DNA of 64,000 nucleotides from Blasia pusilla (lineage: Eukaryota): assembly GCA_050084515.1 (NCBI GenBank), contig CM114271.1:30504001-30568000 (forward strand). Reading direction: 5' to 3'. Shown here one piece after another: positions 12,559-26,600 of this stretch. The position numbers and the translations under genes were made by a program. Position 1 is the stretch's first letter. Each line of letters opens with the position of its first letter. Below the pieces are notes generated by a model. The model had not been told where the DNA came from. It worked only from the letters and a program-made list of their open reading frames with translations, and did not search any database.

Positions 12559-15500
12559 AGTCTCTAGAGAACAATATTAGATACTAGATTTTAGGCCAAA
12601 GTTCATGATCTTTGGAATATTTTTTGAAGTTTATACGTGGATAAGATTGGTGCATGCATGGTTGTAATTATGAAGGAAATTTACTATTGAACTTGATGTT
12701 TTAAGGATAAGGTGTAGGATACCTCAAATAAGCCTAATCATGTTAGTGATCTGAATACTAAGGATGTTTCCAATAAGATGGCCAAGGGAAGGTGGAGGGA
12801 ATAGAATCCTTTTTTGCAATATTTGGCTTAATCATAATTATTTCTTTTTAAATGAGCATAAGCAACATATTTTTGTTTTTGAGTGTATGCAAGGCCTTAG
12901 AGACTATTTCAACCTATGGGGAAGATACATGTTGGAATTAAGATGTGATGATGTACAATATTTTTAAGTCATGTGAATTTTCTTATAAAGCATAATACCA
13001 TCCATTGCTAAGAGGGTAATTTTTAGTTGGATGGTTGTGAATTCTTTGCAAGAACTCGAAAAGGGTATGAATGGTGGATGGTTCATGGAGACCAGGGTCC
13101 CAATTTATAAAGCATGGGCATATTGTTAGGCTTATGTATCTTAATGTAGATAGTGAATTGGGTGCCAAATAGGTGGGGTGCATGATAGTTGTGGGGGCGC
13201 CGAAAAGTGAGTGTTTGGGTCATTGGAGCTCATAGAGTTTTCATCAACTTTTGGGTTTTCGATGGATGTGGAGCCAAACCTTGTTCTAGTTATGAAATTT
13301 TCTCAAAATTCTAGGGTCTTTTTTTATCAAGAGAAACCCATATATTTAATAGGGACAAGAACTTGGTTCTGTTTGTAACATTCAATTCCAAACAAAGAAT
13401 ATTAGAATTGTATCCTTGTTGTATGTCTTTATAACCATATATGATAGTTATTTTAGAATTGTATGTATCTGATGCCATATATCTATATCTATTATTATGG
13501 GAGAGTGCCATCTTGATTTTTGAACACGTCTCCTTATGCCACTTGACACTCTTAGCCAACATTTTTTTGGCGCGCATCCTTAGGGTCACTTTACGGTTGG
13601 TTAAGTTGTTTGGTCACATCTTTATGGTCAATTTAAATTATCTATCATTTCTAACACAAGCATAGAGTAGTTATTACTGTTTTAGAATTTTGTGCCTTTC
13701 TTCTAATGCCTGATAGCTATTTTATAATTGTGTGCATGATGTATATAATATCCATGCACTTGACAAGATGAAAGGAGCGCACATTCCCAAACATGACCAA
13801 CTTGAAGATACTACCATAAATCTCTAAGTCTTTGTGCTACAAAGAAGATAAAAATAGAGTGGCTAAGAAAAAAGCACAAAAAAAGTGAATCAACATGAAG
13901 AAGAAATTAGAAGAAAAATACTATGCGCTCATTTGAGAGGCATGGGGAATCCGCACCCCCTCTCTGAATTTACCGTGCGTGTTGTGTTCTAAAACTCTTC
14001 ACAAAGTCTTAAAAATACAAAAAAAACTAGAATAAATCATAACGGTGGATATGTGAGAGCACACTCCGACTAAAAAAGGAGGTGTTGTGGCACAATAATA
14101 AACCTCTATTTAAAAAAACCTATTTATATTTGGAGCTATAAAGAAGCGTTTGAAGAGGAGATTCGTCTTGAATCTCCTCTGGATCGAATCTCCTATGTTC
14201 CCTTAAATAGGCAGCTCCTTTTGGCCTTACCAAAGGCCGAAAATTAAAGGGGCTACCTAAAACCAACAGACACTTGAAATTAGGGGAAAAAGAAACTAAG
14301 AGCCCTTGAAAATTTTTTTCCCACCAATTAAGTGCAAGATTCGGACCGAACCGGCATTCTTTTACAAGGTCACCGGTTCTGAGAAGGGAATCCATCTGGT
14401 CTTTGAATTATATTGCTAGTGTTAGCACACGGCCATCACATTGCTTGGAACGTTGGAAAAGAAATATAACTATATGCAGAGTAAGCGGCTATGTTTCCGA
14501 TAGGATTTGAAGGAGGCAAGAATTGGCATGCGTCTATAGGGAGTTGTCGGGGAAATCTGGGGAGAGGGGGGGAAGAGGGGGGGATCAAGGGTATACAAGG
14601 CCCGATATGGTCCATGCTGCCCAATCTGGGCTCGAATCTGGGCCGTTGAGAGGGCGGAAGGCGAGGGGGTGGTGGGGTTGGGAAGGTGGAACTTAGGGCT
14701 CAAAGAAGCCGGCTCGCACCACTCTGATGGCCATGACAAATAGTGGAGCTCTTTGGAGTCTGGAGAGAGAGTCTCTGCAAACTGTCCTTCATAGTCATTT
14801 TGCGATTATTGCTTCGTAGTGTGTTGAGTCTGATCCCTGAGGCCCTCCGCTCACATTTTTGCTGCAATTTTTTCTCCTGAGTCTACTCTACAATCTCCGA
14901 TCACATTGCTGCTACAATTTCTGCTCCTGGGTATGCTTCTGCAACTTGTATTGTTGTGTAGTTCTCACTCCCTCGAACTTACTGCTCTGCAATCTCTGCT
15001 CATATTACTTATTGTTGCTTAGTGACTCGTGCTCAGTTCCTTGATTTTTCTTTTTGTAGGTGTTATTTTCTATGGAGCATTGCAAGGTTGGGGTTGGGAT
15101 CCTGGGGACCTAGGTTACATGTGATTTTTATCCCTTGTAAGATTGTGGGGTGTGAGGGGTCGAGACTTGGGTTGTTGGCTTGACACTACACCTTCTTTGT
15201 GGGGCCCCATTGTTTCTCTTTCCACAGCACGCCGCCACATCGCATTGCAGGGCTCAGCCTCATTTCTTGAGCTATGGTTTCTTTGGCAAGGCCTCAATAA
15301 TCTCTCTTGTGAGAGTAATAGGCTATGCATTTGCCATGGAGATTGCCTTCATCTTGTTATCATTTCATTTCCTTGCTCTCCATTGTGGAAGGTTGCCTAC
15401 TTTATTTAAGTTTCTTGCATAGGGCTCGCTAGCTATATCTCTTGCTGGCTTTCATTCTCTTAGTGTACATTTGCACAGTCGTGGTTGTATGATTTTTTGA

Positions 15501-15570
15501 GTGATCTCCTCAAATAGGTTGTGAACTATTCAAGGACATAGTTAGGACCTAAATTGTTTTTCTATTTCCA

Positions 15571-17090
15571 ATGGAGAGTAATTCGAGTAAGAGACAGAGA
15601 TCACTTATAGATTTAGGGTTCAATAAAAACAAGAACCATACAACTTGCCCGTAGAAGATGACATTGTAGATGATTTGAAAAGTGATGACATGGATTCTAT
15701 AGAGCCTCTTTAATCAAGGATTGAAGAAATTTTTTTGGGAGAGATGCATGGTACTCTGCCTTTGAATGGATTGAGTTTGAGTCCCCCACTAGACGAGTAT
15801 TTTGTGAGATATATAGAGATAGCAAAGGAAGATCAGCCTTTGCCACTTATGGGGCAATAAATGTGAAAATATTAGCCTTCACAGATCATGGGAAATCCAA
15901 GGAACATGCATACGCTAGATTAGCTTGGGCCTACCATAGTGGGAAGAAAAGAATTGAAAAAGCCATTGCCTCATCCAATAGAGCATGTGATGAAGCTTAG
16001 TTAACCCTCCTTTGAGGTGCTTTCTTTGTTGCAAACCAAAACATTGCATTCTGATGCTTCCTTAGCCTTTTTTAGTTATTGAAGGTTGTTTCTACCACGT
16101 ACCACAACTAAGAGCATGTCCAAGGATTGTAAAGCTTGTGCATTGATGGTACCATGTATCAACTTATAGACTTCTGGTAGACGAGAGTATTGATATCTTT
16201 GTAAGAGGTCATCTCGTAGCCTTTGCTACTTACATAGACGAGGGGCAAGTAGTCACATCTTTTCTAGGGTTGATTCAGGTTGAGAACAAGGATGCAGACT
16301 CCATTTCAAATTATATATTGTCTTTCTTGCAAGAATGGGACTTGGATTTAGATCGTTTGGTGGGGTTTGGCTCTGATGGAGCTAGTACAATGATTGGATC
16401 ACGAAATGGTTTCTTTGCTAGGTTGAAGAGGAATGTGAGTCTTTCTTACTAAACTCCATTGTGTTGTTGCACATAGGACTAACCTAGCTGCCCTTGCTCC
16501 AGCGAAAAGTTGTGTTGGTAAGGAAATGAGGTGGATAATCTTCTAAATTCAATTGCTCTTTACTTTAAGAGGAGCTCTAAATGAAAGTCTACATTGACTT
16601 CGATTCAAGTAGAGTTGAATGACTCTTGAAAGTGTATGAAACGTTATCATAAGATGAGGTGGCTTAGTAGATGGCAAGCAGTAACAACATTGTGTTGTAG
16701 TTTGGTGTCTGTCTTAGTACACTTTCAAGAGGTTGATCTTAAAGATGATGATGGAGTGGTAGTTTCTTTATTTCAGAAGTTAAGATTGTTCAAAATTATT
16801 TATTGTCTTTACTTCTTGGCTGACATTCTACATTCTATGCCTAGCCTCAGCAAAATATTTCAGATGAAATTTGTAGATATTACTACTGTGGCTTCCATTT
16901 TTAGCATTAAGATTGCACATGTTCAGATGAATTATATTCATGAGAGCATAGATATGAATGCCCAACTAGTTTCCTTATGTAGTGGTTTTCATTTGATTCC
17001 AAATTATGGACCAACGCATGGGTATTTGAAGCGTCTATAATCTGAAATTCGGGGAAGTTTCTTCCATTCCATCCAAATGGAGAGAGATAT
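15571..17090 (+). pseudogene. hAT-superfamily (ZNF862-like) transposase relic 1, 3'-truncated
   Basis: FGSDGASTMIG, HC..HRTNLA, RWLSRWQAV and LYFLADIL motifs, broken by stops and frameshifts. Confidence 0.85.
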
Positions 17091-17412
17091 ATCAAGTGAG
17101 GTTTTCTTCAACGGGCAGGTAGTTAAAAATTAATTTTGCAAGTAAATAACAAAACCCAATGAAATGTTGGCAGAATAGTCGACTCGGGTTCGAAGTAGGC
17201 TGCGCCCACCGTTTTGAAACTCCCCCCTCACTTGCTTGTACAAGCTGCCCGCTCTCGCATTTAATGCGTTTAAGGGACAAACTATGGGCTTTGCCCTTGA
17301 AGGGGCTTCAATAGCCTCATTTTTTCGTTCGCTTCGACTCCATGCTCCTCGCATCCTCCTTCTCCCGCGGGTGGTGGCTCTCCAGACTCCTAAGTTCTAA
17401 CTTCAAAGCCCA

Positions 17413-17715
17413 TGGCCCTGTATTGTTGCTCCATGGTTGAAGCACGTATTTTTGTGTTTCATTGTTCCAATAGGCCACCTGTACATGAATCCCGTGTGGC
17501 TGTGTTCCATTGGAGGTAGAGTCTAACTACGGATCTCGTGGCCATGTATTGCTGCTTCATGGTTGAAGCGCGTATTGTTGTGTTCCATTGTTCCATCAAC
17601 AGGCCATGTGTTCCATCAGAGCTAGAGTCTAACTTTGGATCACGTGGCCCTGTATTGCTGCTCCGTGGTTGAAGCGCGGATTGCTGTGTTCCATTGTTCC
17701 AACAACATGCCACCT
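17413..17715. repeat. Three imperfect ~110-125 bp tandem units
   Basis: tggcc.tgtattg.tgct.c.tggttgaagc.cg.att..tgtgtt.cattgttcca recurs at ~17413, ~17539 and ~17646. Confidence 0.75.
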
Positions 17716-18950
17716 GAATCCAGTGTTGCGGCTCCACAGCCCGTATTGTTTTATTGTTAAGTGGCTCATATTGTTTTGTTGTTCCGCGGGTTCCAATAGT
17801 CCCGTTGTTCTCTTGAGTTCCAAGTTTTTTACTGCTCGTATTGTTTCGTTGCTCTCCATTTTTCTTTTGTTGACAGTCCAGTTCCTATTGCTGCGTAGTT
17901 CTCTTGAGCTCCAAGCTTCGTATTGCCGTTGAATCTCTTGGGAGTCTTGTTGCAATGTTGTAGGGCCGCTCTTCCGAATTAGCTCTCAATCCTAGCACGA
18001 TGCTTCCAAAGCTATTCTGATATGACTCTCCAGAGTCTTGATTCTGGATCTTCTCCCCATTTGACATTTAATTTTGGATCTTTTTCTCTTCTGCAGGGTC
18101 TAGAGTGTGGACTCTGCACCCGGTTTGCAACCTGCACTCACGTTTTCCACTCATCCATGGCCATCCACAATGTTGCCAAATTTGGAACTTTGTACTGGCA
18201 CGCGGAGTGGCGAGTTGGGAGTCTCTTGGCCTCTAACAACCTCACACTCTCATAGCGTTGAGTCTTTCGGTTCTGCCTTGTTCTCCCATCTTCGAAGATC
18301 TACCTCAACGAGCATTGACTCATTGAGCTCGACTCTCTCTTGTGGTAAAGAGATTGTTGTATTTGTAATGCCATTTTACCTTGCGTTGGTGCGGTGGGGC
18401 TATTCTCCCCTGTTTGATGTCCGAAGCTATGGTGACCCTAAGCTCTTCCTTGGAGACTCGTGGGTTCCCTTTTTGCTGCCTTTGCTCTTCTTATGAGTCG
18501 CAGACATGCGGTTGGACCCTGCGCTGCCATCCCGAACCCCCACATAATCGGCTCCTCTTGCTATTATGATGCTTCTTCCTGCTTCGCATCTCCCCTTGAA
18601 CTCTGACTATCCCCATTGGGATTTTGGGGTGCTGGCTTGACTCTCCCTCCCTTTTGTGAAGCTTGTCTCCCGATTTTACCCTAAACGCTCCTTCGTGATT
18701 TTTGCTCTTGAAGCCTTGTGTTTTTTTCTTCATATCGTGGTTGTATCTTTGGCTTTGCACCGAGTTTGGGATGCACGGTTCTAAATTCTTGTAACTTGCT
18801 TTCCCCATAGCTGTAATCTTATGCGTAGTATACTTATACATGCGCATGAGACCTAAACTCAAAACTTTCCATTAACTCTCAACTCGAAACTTTCCACAAA
18901 GCTCCCAATCCCAACCTACCATCCTCATTTTACCGTATCCATTTGCAGCA

Positions 18951-21124
18951 ATGGCCAAAAGAAAGAATTATTGTGCAAGGAGGTTCCAAAGGCACAACCA
19001 AAGATCATGGTTCTGTCAGGATCATTGATGAGAAGGAAGAGGAGAGTACATTTGCAAAAAATTGAGAAGCCTGGAGGGATGTTTGGTACACCATGTATGA
19101 TTGGATCACGTTTGATTCTTCGATTGGAACAATAAATTGTAATATTTGTAGAAAAGGCAAAGGTAAGAATGTCTTTGCAAGGGAGGGTGCCATCAATTGT
19201 AAGGTGTCTTCCTTCATTGATCATGCAAAGTCCAATGAGCATATCAAGTTAGCTTGGGTAACTAATGGAGGCAAAAAATCCATGGCCAAGGCCATTGTTA
19301 CATCCAATGGAACATGTGAGGTAGCTTTGCTCGCTTTAATTAGGTGTGCCTATTTCCTTGCGAAGGAGGGTATGCCTTTCTCAAAGTTCACGAGTGTTTG
19401 TGAGCTGATGCTTTCTATGAATGCACCTATTACTAAAGCTCTTTACCAGGATAAGATAGGTTGCAGTAAAATGTGTTTTTGTATAAGTTAAGATCTGCTC
19501 AAAAGGACCTTGTTCAAGCATCACCATTCTTTGGAATTATGATTGATGAATCTATTGATATATTTGTAATAGGTCATTAGGTAGTCTTTGCAACCTTCAT
19601 AGAAGATAGTCAAGCAGAGTTTTGTTTTTTAGAATTGCTTCATTGCGAGTCTAAGTGTTCTAATGCTATCACTAATAGTTTGTTAGAGTTGCTTAAAGAT
19701 GGGGGGCTAGACTTTTCTAGAATGGTATATTTCGGGTCAATGGAGCCCTCCTCAATGGTAGGGAGCCAAAATGGGGTGGCTTCACAATTGAAGAAAAAGG
19801 TAAGTCCGTTCATTCTTTCAGTGCATTGTGTTACTCATAAGACAAACCTTATAGCTCTCACAGCTGCTAAAGCAAGTTACTGCAAATCGATTTCCATAGA
19901 AGTAGATTCTATTCTCAATGTTGTAGCAGGGTATTTCAAGAGGTCATCCAAATGAAAATCTGTTCTAGCTTCTCTACAAGAGAAGATGAATGACTCCCAA
20001 AGAGTCATGAAAAGATATCATAAGATCCGATGGTTGTCATGATGGCAAGCTGTATCCACTTTGTGTGATTCACTAGAATGTGTTTTAACTTATTTTAGGG
20101 ACATTTCCCCTTCAAAAGATGATGGGAATGTTGTAAACTTGTATAACAAGTTAAGATCATTTAGTATGATCTATCAATTATACTTCTTGGCTCATATTCT
20201 TTCTATGTTGGCTAATTTAAGCAAGATATTTCACAACAAATTTTTTGATATGAGTACAATTGGCAGCATTGTTAGCTTTGAGATTGTTGTTATTATTGTG
20301 AATTTTATGATGGAGATTCATGGCTTGGATGCATCTACTTTTTCAGAGGATACAGCTTATCATATTCTACCAAACTTTGGACCTCCGGGGTGGCTATCTC
20401 ATAAGCTTACAATATGAAATTAGAGGGAGGAAGTTCCATAGTATAGACATGATTAGGATCGCACATGCAAGGATTTAGAAGCTGCTCTATTGTTTCAGAA
20501 GAGTTATGTTGAGAGTGTTTGTATCGCTTTGCAAGAAGAGATTTAGAGACAATAATCTTATTGATGCAATGAAAATCCTGAACCCCTTGCACTTGCCTTC
20601 TAGACAAGTAGGACTCATAAGTTGGGGATGTAAGGATATAGAAGATTTGTGTGCACATTTATTTACCACTAAAGGGGCATTTGCAACCTTCTATCATAAA
20701 TTCTATTGCTGTCAAGAAAGAATTCCAACCCTTCAAGTTGATGGCGAAAATTGAGTCGAAAGATCGTAATTTTAGGGATCTGTGAGCAATGGTGAGTAGG
20801 AGTCCATCTTCACAATGCAAGTTTGCAAACTTTCTGGTGTTGGCTAATGTTGCGAAGGTTTAATGTGTGAGTACAGCAATTTATGAGAGAGCATTCTCAA
20901 TTGAGAACATGATAAAGAGTAAATGTAGGAATAGACTAGGGAGTAAGCATTTAGATGTTGTTCTCAGAATTGCTTTAGAAGGCCTTGCTACTGACTATGA
21001 GGATATGCTTGTTGAATCTGTAATTCTCTGGAAAACTTATGCCAGCTTGAGATACCCAGATAGATATCTTTCTCCTCAAGTAGAAGTTGAAGGCGTTACA
21101 ACTTCTATTGACTTGTCTTCCTGA
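18951..21124 (+). pseudogene. hAT-superfamily (ZNF862-like) transposase relic 2, near full length
   Basis: N-terminal W..YDWITFD..CNICR zinc finger, MIDES, HCVTHK, RWLS, and hAT dimerisation-type STAIYERAFS..IKSKCRNRL; several stops. Confidence 0.88.
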
Positions 21125-21739
21125 AATGAGTTTTGCATTTTTGTTTACATTTAGAGCCCCATCAGAATATTTGAGAGCCTTAAAACCCCAAGTATTTTGA
21201 AGGAGAAGAATCCTTACCTCCCAACTGGTTGGGAGACATGGCTCTCCCAAGGATCTCCTTTGTAAATGTGAATTTCAGTTTTATATGTACCTTTGCACAA
21301 TTGTTTGGAAGCAAGAAGAGAGGAGTGTTATGTTTGTTTATGTAATCTGCCCCCAAAGTTCCCAAACTTGAAGGAGTTAAGAAATCATATATAACATAAG
21401 CACTAAAGAGGAAATGAATGGAGAAAACAAATAAGGACCCTAAAAATTCGATCGATTATATTGAAATCAGCCAGAACTTAGCCAGAGAACTTTTAGGATA
21501 GTCGCGAAATTATCAAAAGAAATAATCAAAATTCGGATTTTGACTGAGTGCAAAAAAAAACTAAGTTTTTCACCCTCCATTTATATTACTAGTAAGAATG
21601 CCCGTCCGATGCACCGGCATCAAAATTTAGCATATACAAAATTAATCATACCAATAAGTGAATATCAATAAGTGAAGCATTACAAAATTTAGAAAATGCG
21701 TACTAATATAAAACTTCACATATATAATGTTACTTCAAT

Positions 21740-23660
21740 TTAATTTAGCACTTCATTATATACAACATTCATAGTGTAAATACCTGTTTTGTTAGTAGCA
21801 TTTTCATTATCTGTCATAATATGAATAGAATTCCTAGAGCCTACTCTTGACAAGGCAACATACAATTGCCCATGAGAAAATACTGGATTGGGCAAGTAAA
21901 TACCAACTCTATCTAATGTTTGACCTTGAGACTTATTAATAGTCATTGCAAAGGCAAGACGGATAGGAAATTGAAATCTTTGTAAATCAAAAGGTAGGTC
22001 GGAATCAGAAGCAATCAATGGAATGCGTGGAATGAAAACTCGGGCTCCAATGTTTTTTCCCGTGATAATTGTTGCATCTATAAGATGTCGACTAAAGCCA
22101 GCTATCACCAATCGAGTCACGTTTGCTTGTCCCTTTGCTCCATTCATATTCCGTAATAGCATTATCCAAACTCCAATCTTCAAAGTCAAACAATGAGGTG
22201 GCAATCCAGATGGTAAACATGTATTCAAGTTAGCCGTTGCATGTATTGAAGTTGCCGTTGTATTCAAGTTCAATGCAACGGCTAACTTGAACGGCAACGT
22301 TGAACTCGTAGGAGAGCTCTTCCTCTTCTAGACGTGAAATAGATAAATCACGAGCTTGGTTGAGGCATGTCGGGGAAGTCCGCCATACTTTTACCATGAT
22401 CTTGAAGATGGTAATGGACCTCCAATAACGCAAGATTAATAATATGAACATCCAATGGAAGGGTCGGAATACCAATTCTCTATTACAAGGAACAAATATA
22501 GAAGTTAAAACGTAAATAAAGTATCTAAAATATTCATAAGAAAAATAAGAAAAAAATTGACTCAACAAAAGCCATGCATATTACCTCACGCCTTTTATGT
22601 AGAAGATCTTCTGTCAATGGAACCAAAAAATGTTCCCACACCATAGCTGGAAGGGAAGGTGTATTATATAGAAGAAAAATGGCAAAGAGTAGACGTAATG
22701 AATAGCCAGTACGAATGACAACCGCCTCTTCAAAGCAAGAAAAGATCTCTCTATCGTCCTCCAAAAGTCCCATCTGAATAGCGATCTCTTTGAAGGTAGG
22801 ATAAACTACACCATCGATGGTTCTCAAATCTTGATATGATTGAGCTCCTCTCAAATGATGGAGAAGTAATCGTAACCAATGACGCTCCCCTTCAGCTAGG
22901 ATTAGCAACAAGAAAAGTATTAGGAAGGAAGCATGAATATGATTTTAACATTAACTCAATTTTTTCCTTAATAATTGTATCTTAACAAAGAATAGAAAGT
23001 TTACCTGGATTTGTCATATACAGACGTCCAATAGGATGTCCACGTCCTTTTCGTGCACGTTTACGCGGATGCCATTGCTTCTTATTCCAAGAGTAATGAG
23101 AAGGGAACTCCAAATAAAGATATTGTCCCGTAGTCGAATCAGAAATATTTGTTGCAAACCATTGAGTGAGAGTGGTTTCCTTACTTCGCTCCAGAATATT
23201 ACCCAATGAATCTTGCCCATGAAAATATACCATTTGACTGTCTCGAAGATGAACAATCAATCTCACAATACTTGGTTGCTCTGCATGTAGACTAAACTTG
23301 AAGATTCGCCAACATGCCTCTGAAGAAAAAACGTACCTTCATACCACACAATATAAATATTGTTAGAGTCCCACATAATATCATAGGAAAAATTGGGAGA
23401 TCTTGAAAGATAGAAGGGATCAAAATATCTTGCATCAAGATATGATGATGTCTCATCAATAGTATCCTCTCTTGATATAGTATTTGCCAAGGTATATGAT
23501 ATGGCATCAGATCCTTTGTACACATACTTATAAAAGTACTTTACTGCCAAGATGCTATTTGTTATCTCCTGATTGATATGCAATCAAATAAAGTACATAA
23601 CATTGGATTGTATGGAACCACCCAACGATTATCAAAGTCATGATTTGACTTATTTATCAA
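21740..23660 (-). pseudogene. Helitron Rep/PIF1-helicase fragments (intron-split, deleted)
   Basis: DNRWVVPYNP, KYFYKYVYKG and LRLLLHHLRGAQSYQDLRT (Rep region); FPIRLAFAMTINKSQGQTL and VFSHGQLYVALSRV (PIF1 C-terminal motifs). No Walker A or HUH motif seen. Confidence 0.92.
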
Positions 23661-26600
23661 TCTGCCATTATCACGCCTGCATAAACCCTAAATGAGCATA
23701 TCTTCTTCTTTGGCCCTCAGCTCGAGCAACTTGAAGCATGTAAGATAATCGTAGAGGATTGGTAGGAACTAGAAGACTGCAAGCAGAGGTTAAGAAATTA
23801 ATATATATGATTATAATAAGAATAAATATACATACAAACATATCTATATTAAATTTGAGTATATAGTTTAGAAATATACATTGGAGATGGGAAGACCACA
23901 ATCCTAGAGTTTGGAATAGCTTCAACTTCATGATGTACCATAATTGGCCAGCAAAAAAATTTGTTATTAGAAATCATTTATAGAAATTTAAGACCAAGTA
24001 GGAAGCATCAATAAGAAAAGTATGTAAAGCATACCTTGTATTAGCTTGAGTATGAAAGTAATTAGTAGTCATAGCTTCGACTTCCTCTCTAGGAAGAAGA
24101 TTCACACACAATTGATAAATATTCGTTTGGGCCAAATTATAGTGCCTTCTTCTCTGGCGTTGTGCTCGTGCAACTTGAAGCATAGCATGTAATCCCCGAG
24201 GGTTGGACGGAAGTGGAAGACTGAGAAAAACAATATTAATAAAAATCAAGTCAAAATAATTAAATTTAAAAAATCAAATTAAAAAAAACCAATAAAAAGA
24301 AAAAAATTAATGAGTGGATGAAACATACATTGGAGACGATGTAGAGTCTATTAAAGCATGAAGATTTCCATTGGAAGGTGTTGCTACCAACCTGAACAAA
24401 GGAAAAACAAATCATAATACGAAAAAAAATTATAACTATTATTATAATAAAAAGTAGAAATGTTATACATAAATAAATATCTTCTAGTATTTTATACCTT
24501 TGGTGAGCCATCGATGATGGGTGGTTGTAATTCTTCCATCAATGGAACATTCACAACAGCTTCAATAGATCTCAATCCAACTAATTTAGCATGTCTTCGC
24601 TTTTGTCCTTGAGCTCTCACAATTTGATGTATATCACGTAATCGTTGCGGGTTCGATGGATTTGGAAGTCTACATCACAAACTTGAAAGATATTAAAGCC
24701 ACACAACAAATCTAGAGTGTGCACATATGGTTACGATATCATTCTATAATCATAATGCTAAGTATCCTTACATTGGAGATGACAAAGTCGTTGAATGAGT
24801 TACAAATCGCATATCTTGAAGCGCCTTTCTGTTTCTTTGAGAAGCAACCCTTCTAGCCTTCTTATATGCAAGCTTCTCTGTTTCCTCCAAAATCCGTATA
24901 GAAAATGGAGCACTACATGAAATGTGGTGATCATGCTCCACATTAGGTAAAGAGACTACATTGGTGATGTCTGCGAATGGTCTTTTTTCATTTCGCCTCC
25001 ATGGTTCCTCTTGAGATTCATGCAGCTTGTGACAATATCAACCATCCGACCAAAATATGTATTTTCAATATATAAAAAAACAATAGGAAAAAAAGGAGAA
25101 AAATTTGTAAAACAAACTTATACTCAAGATTTGGTCCGTGAATATTATAATCTATATTAAAAAATAAATTTACACAGAACTGAAGTTTTTATAAAAATAT
25201 GAAATAGGAAAACCATTCTAACGGGCAATGAGACTCGGTCGTACTCATCTCACTTGAGTCCTCAGAGCAAATTGTATGACAATCACTAATTTCCCATGAC
25301 CCCGACCCGCAACAATCACGTACAAATGAATGGCTAGATGCTATAGGGTCTGAGGAAGGGATGCAATCATGTGTGGAATCTGTATATCCTTCTCCCTCCT
25401 GACCTCCAACTACTTCTTGTGAAATAGAATGATGATTCACCACAAGTGTGGTTAAAATCCTAGATGCACTCTCATCATAACTACAACTCTCACAATTTCT
25501 GAAAGGGCTTATGCTAACATTAAGAGCATTAATCCCATTTTCGAAAATTGGCAATGCTACATAGCTAGGACTTAAAGCCTTATCCATATTTTCAAAAATC
25601 GGCGATGGAACTTAGCCAGGACTTGAAGCATTATTCCTATTTTCAACAATCGGCGATGGGACATACTACGGACTTGATATTTGTGTCACTTCTACGACGT
25701 CGACATCTTTAGGTGTATAATCCCTTTCTTGTTCATCAAGACGAACGTAGAACTCACCATCGCTAAAGCGTAATTCGTCAACACTCATTTATAAAGTATC
25801 CTGCATTATCCACACAATTATTTTAATAAAAGAAATATTTCAAAATAATAAAAGAAATACTCAATAGAAAAGGATACTAAATCTCCACACCTGAATATTA
25901 AAACACAAGCAAAGAAGACTTACTTTTTTGAGTCACTCCACTCCCAAAGAAATGAAACTTGATCGTTTGCTCAACTCAACAATCTCAAACAGACATATCT
26001 GAGAACAAAACGAACATAGATTTGATGATTAATTGGATATACACAATAGATAGTACTCTGTAGGCTACTTATCTCTAATATCTCGACTATCTGCACTTAT
26101 GTCTAAATCCCCATAATCCATACACCTATATTCCAGGTCGAACTCATCACCAACATACCATCCCTCGGAATCATAGAGGGAAGTGGAGGAATATTCTCCA
26201 TCGTCAAGTTCTTCAAGACCAGGACAAATATCTATAGAGTATCTCTCATTATTATTGAGAGTAATCATAATTTCCTCGCATATTGAGACTTCTCTAACCT
26301 CCTGAGTCTCATTGAAACCATTTGAAATAGGATCAAAAAATTTAGGGTCCACATCAAACAATTTTCGTTTTCGTTCAGAGCGAAATAATGAAAATCTATG
26401 TTCATCTCTCTCTACCATATATTCAGGACTCGTATTTATTACAATTTCTTCCACAATTATCGGCCTCTTGCATCTCGATGAGAGAGTTGACATGGCGTAG
26501 GCTAGTTAGGCTCACTCCGCATATACAATATTATTCACTGCAAATTTAAAAAGAGCATATTAAATTTTCAATATAAATTAGATACTTCAAGTAAAAAAAA

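Noticed and set aside
12560-13300. Old LINE-like coding relic interrupted by element 1 (with ~1900-2820)
   Set aside because: It looks like decayed coding sequence, but I could not identify a diagnostic motif.
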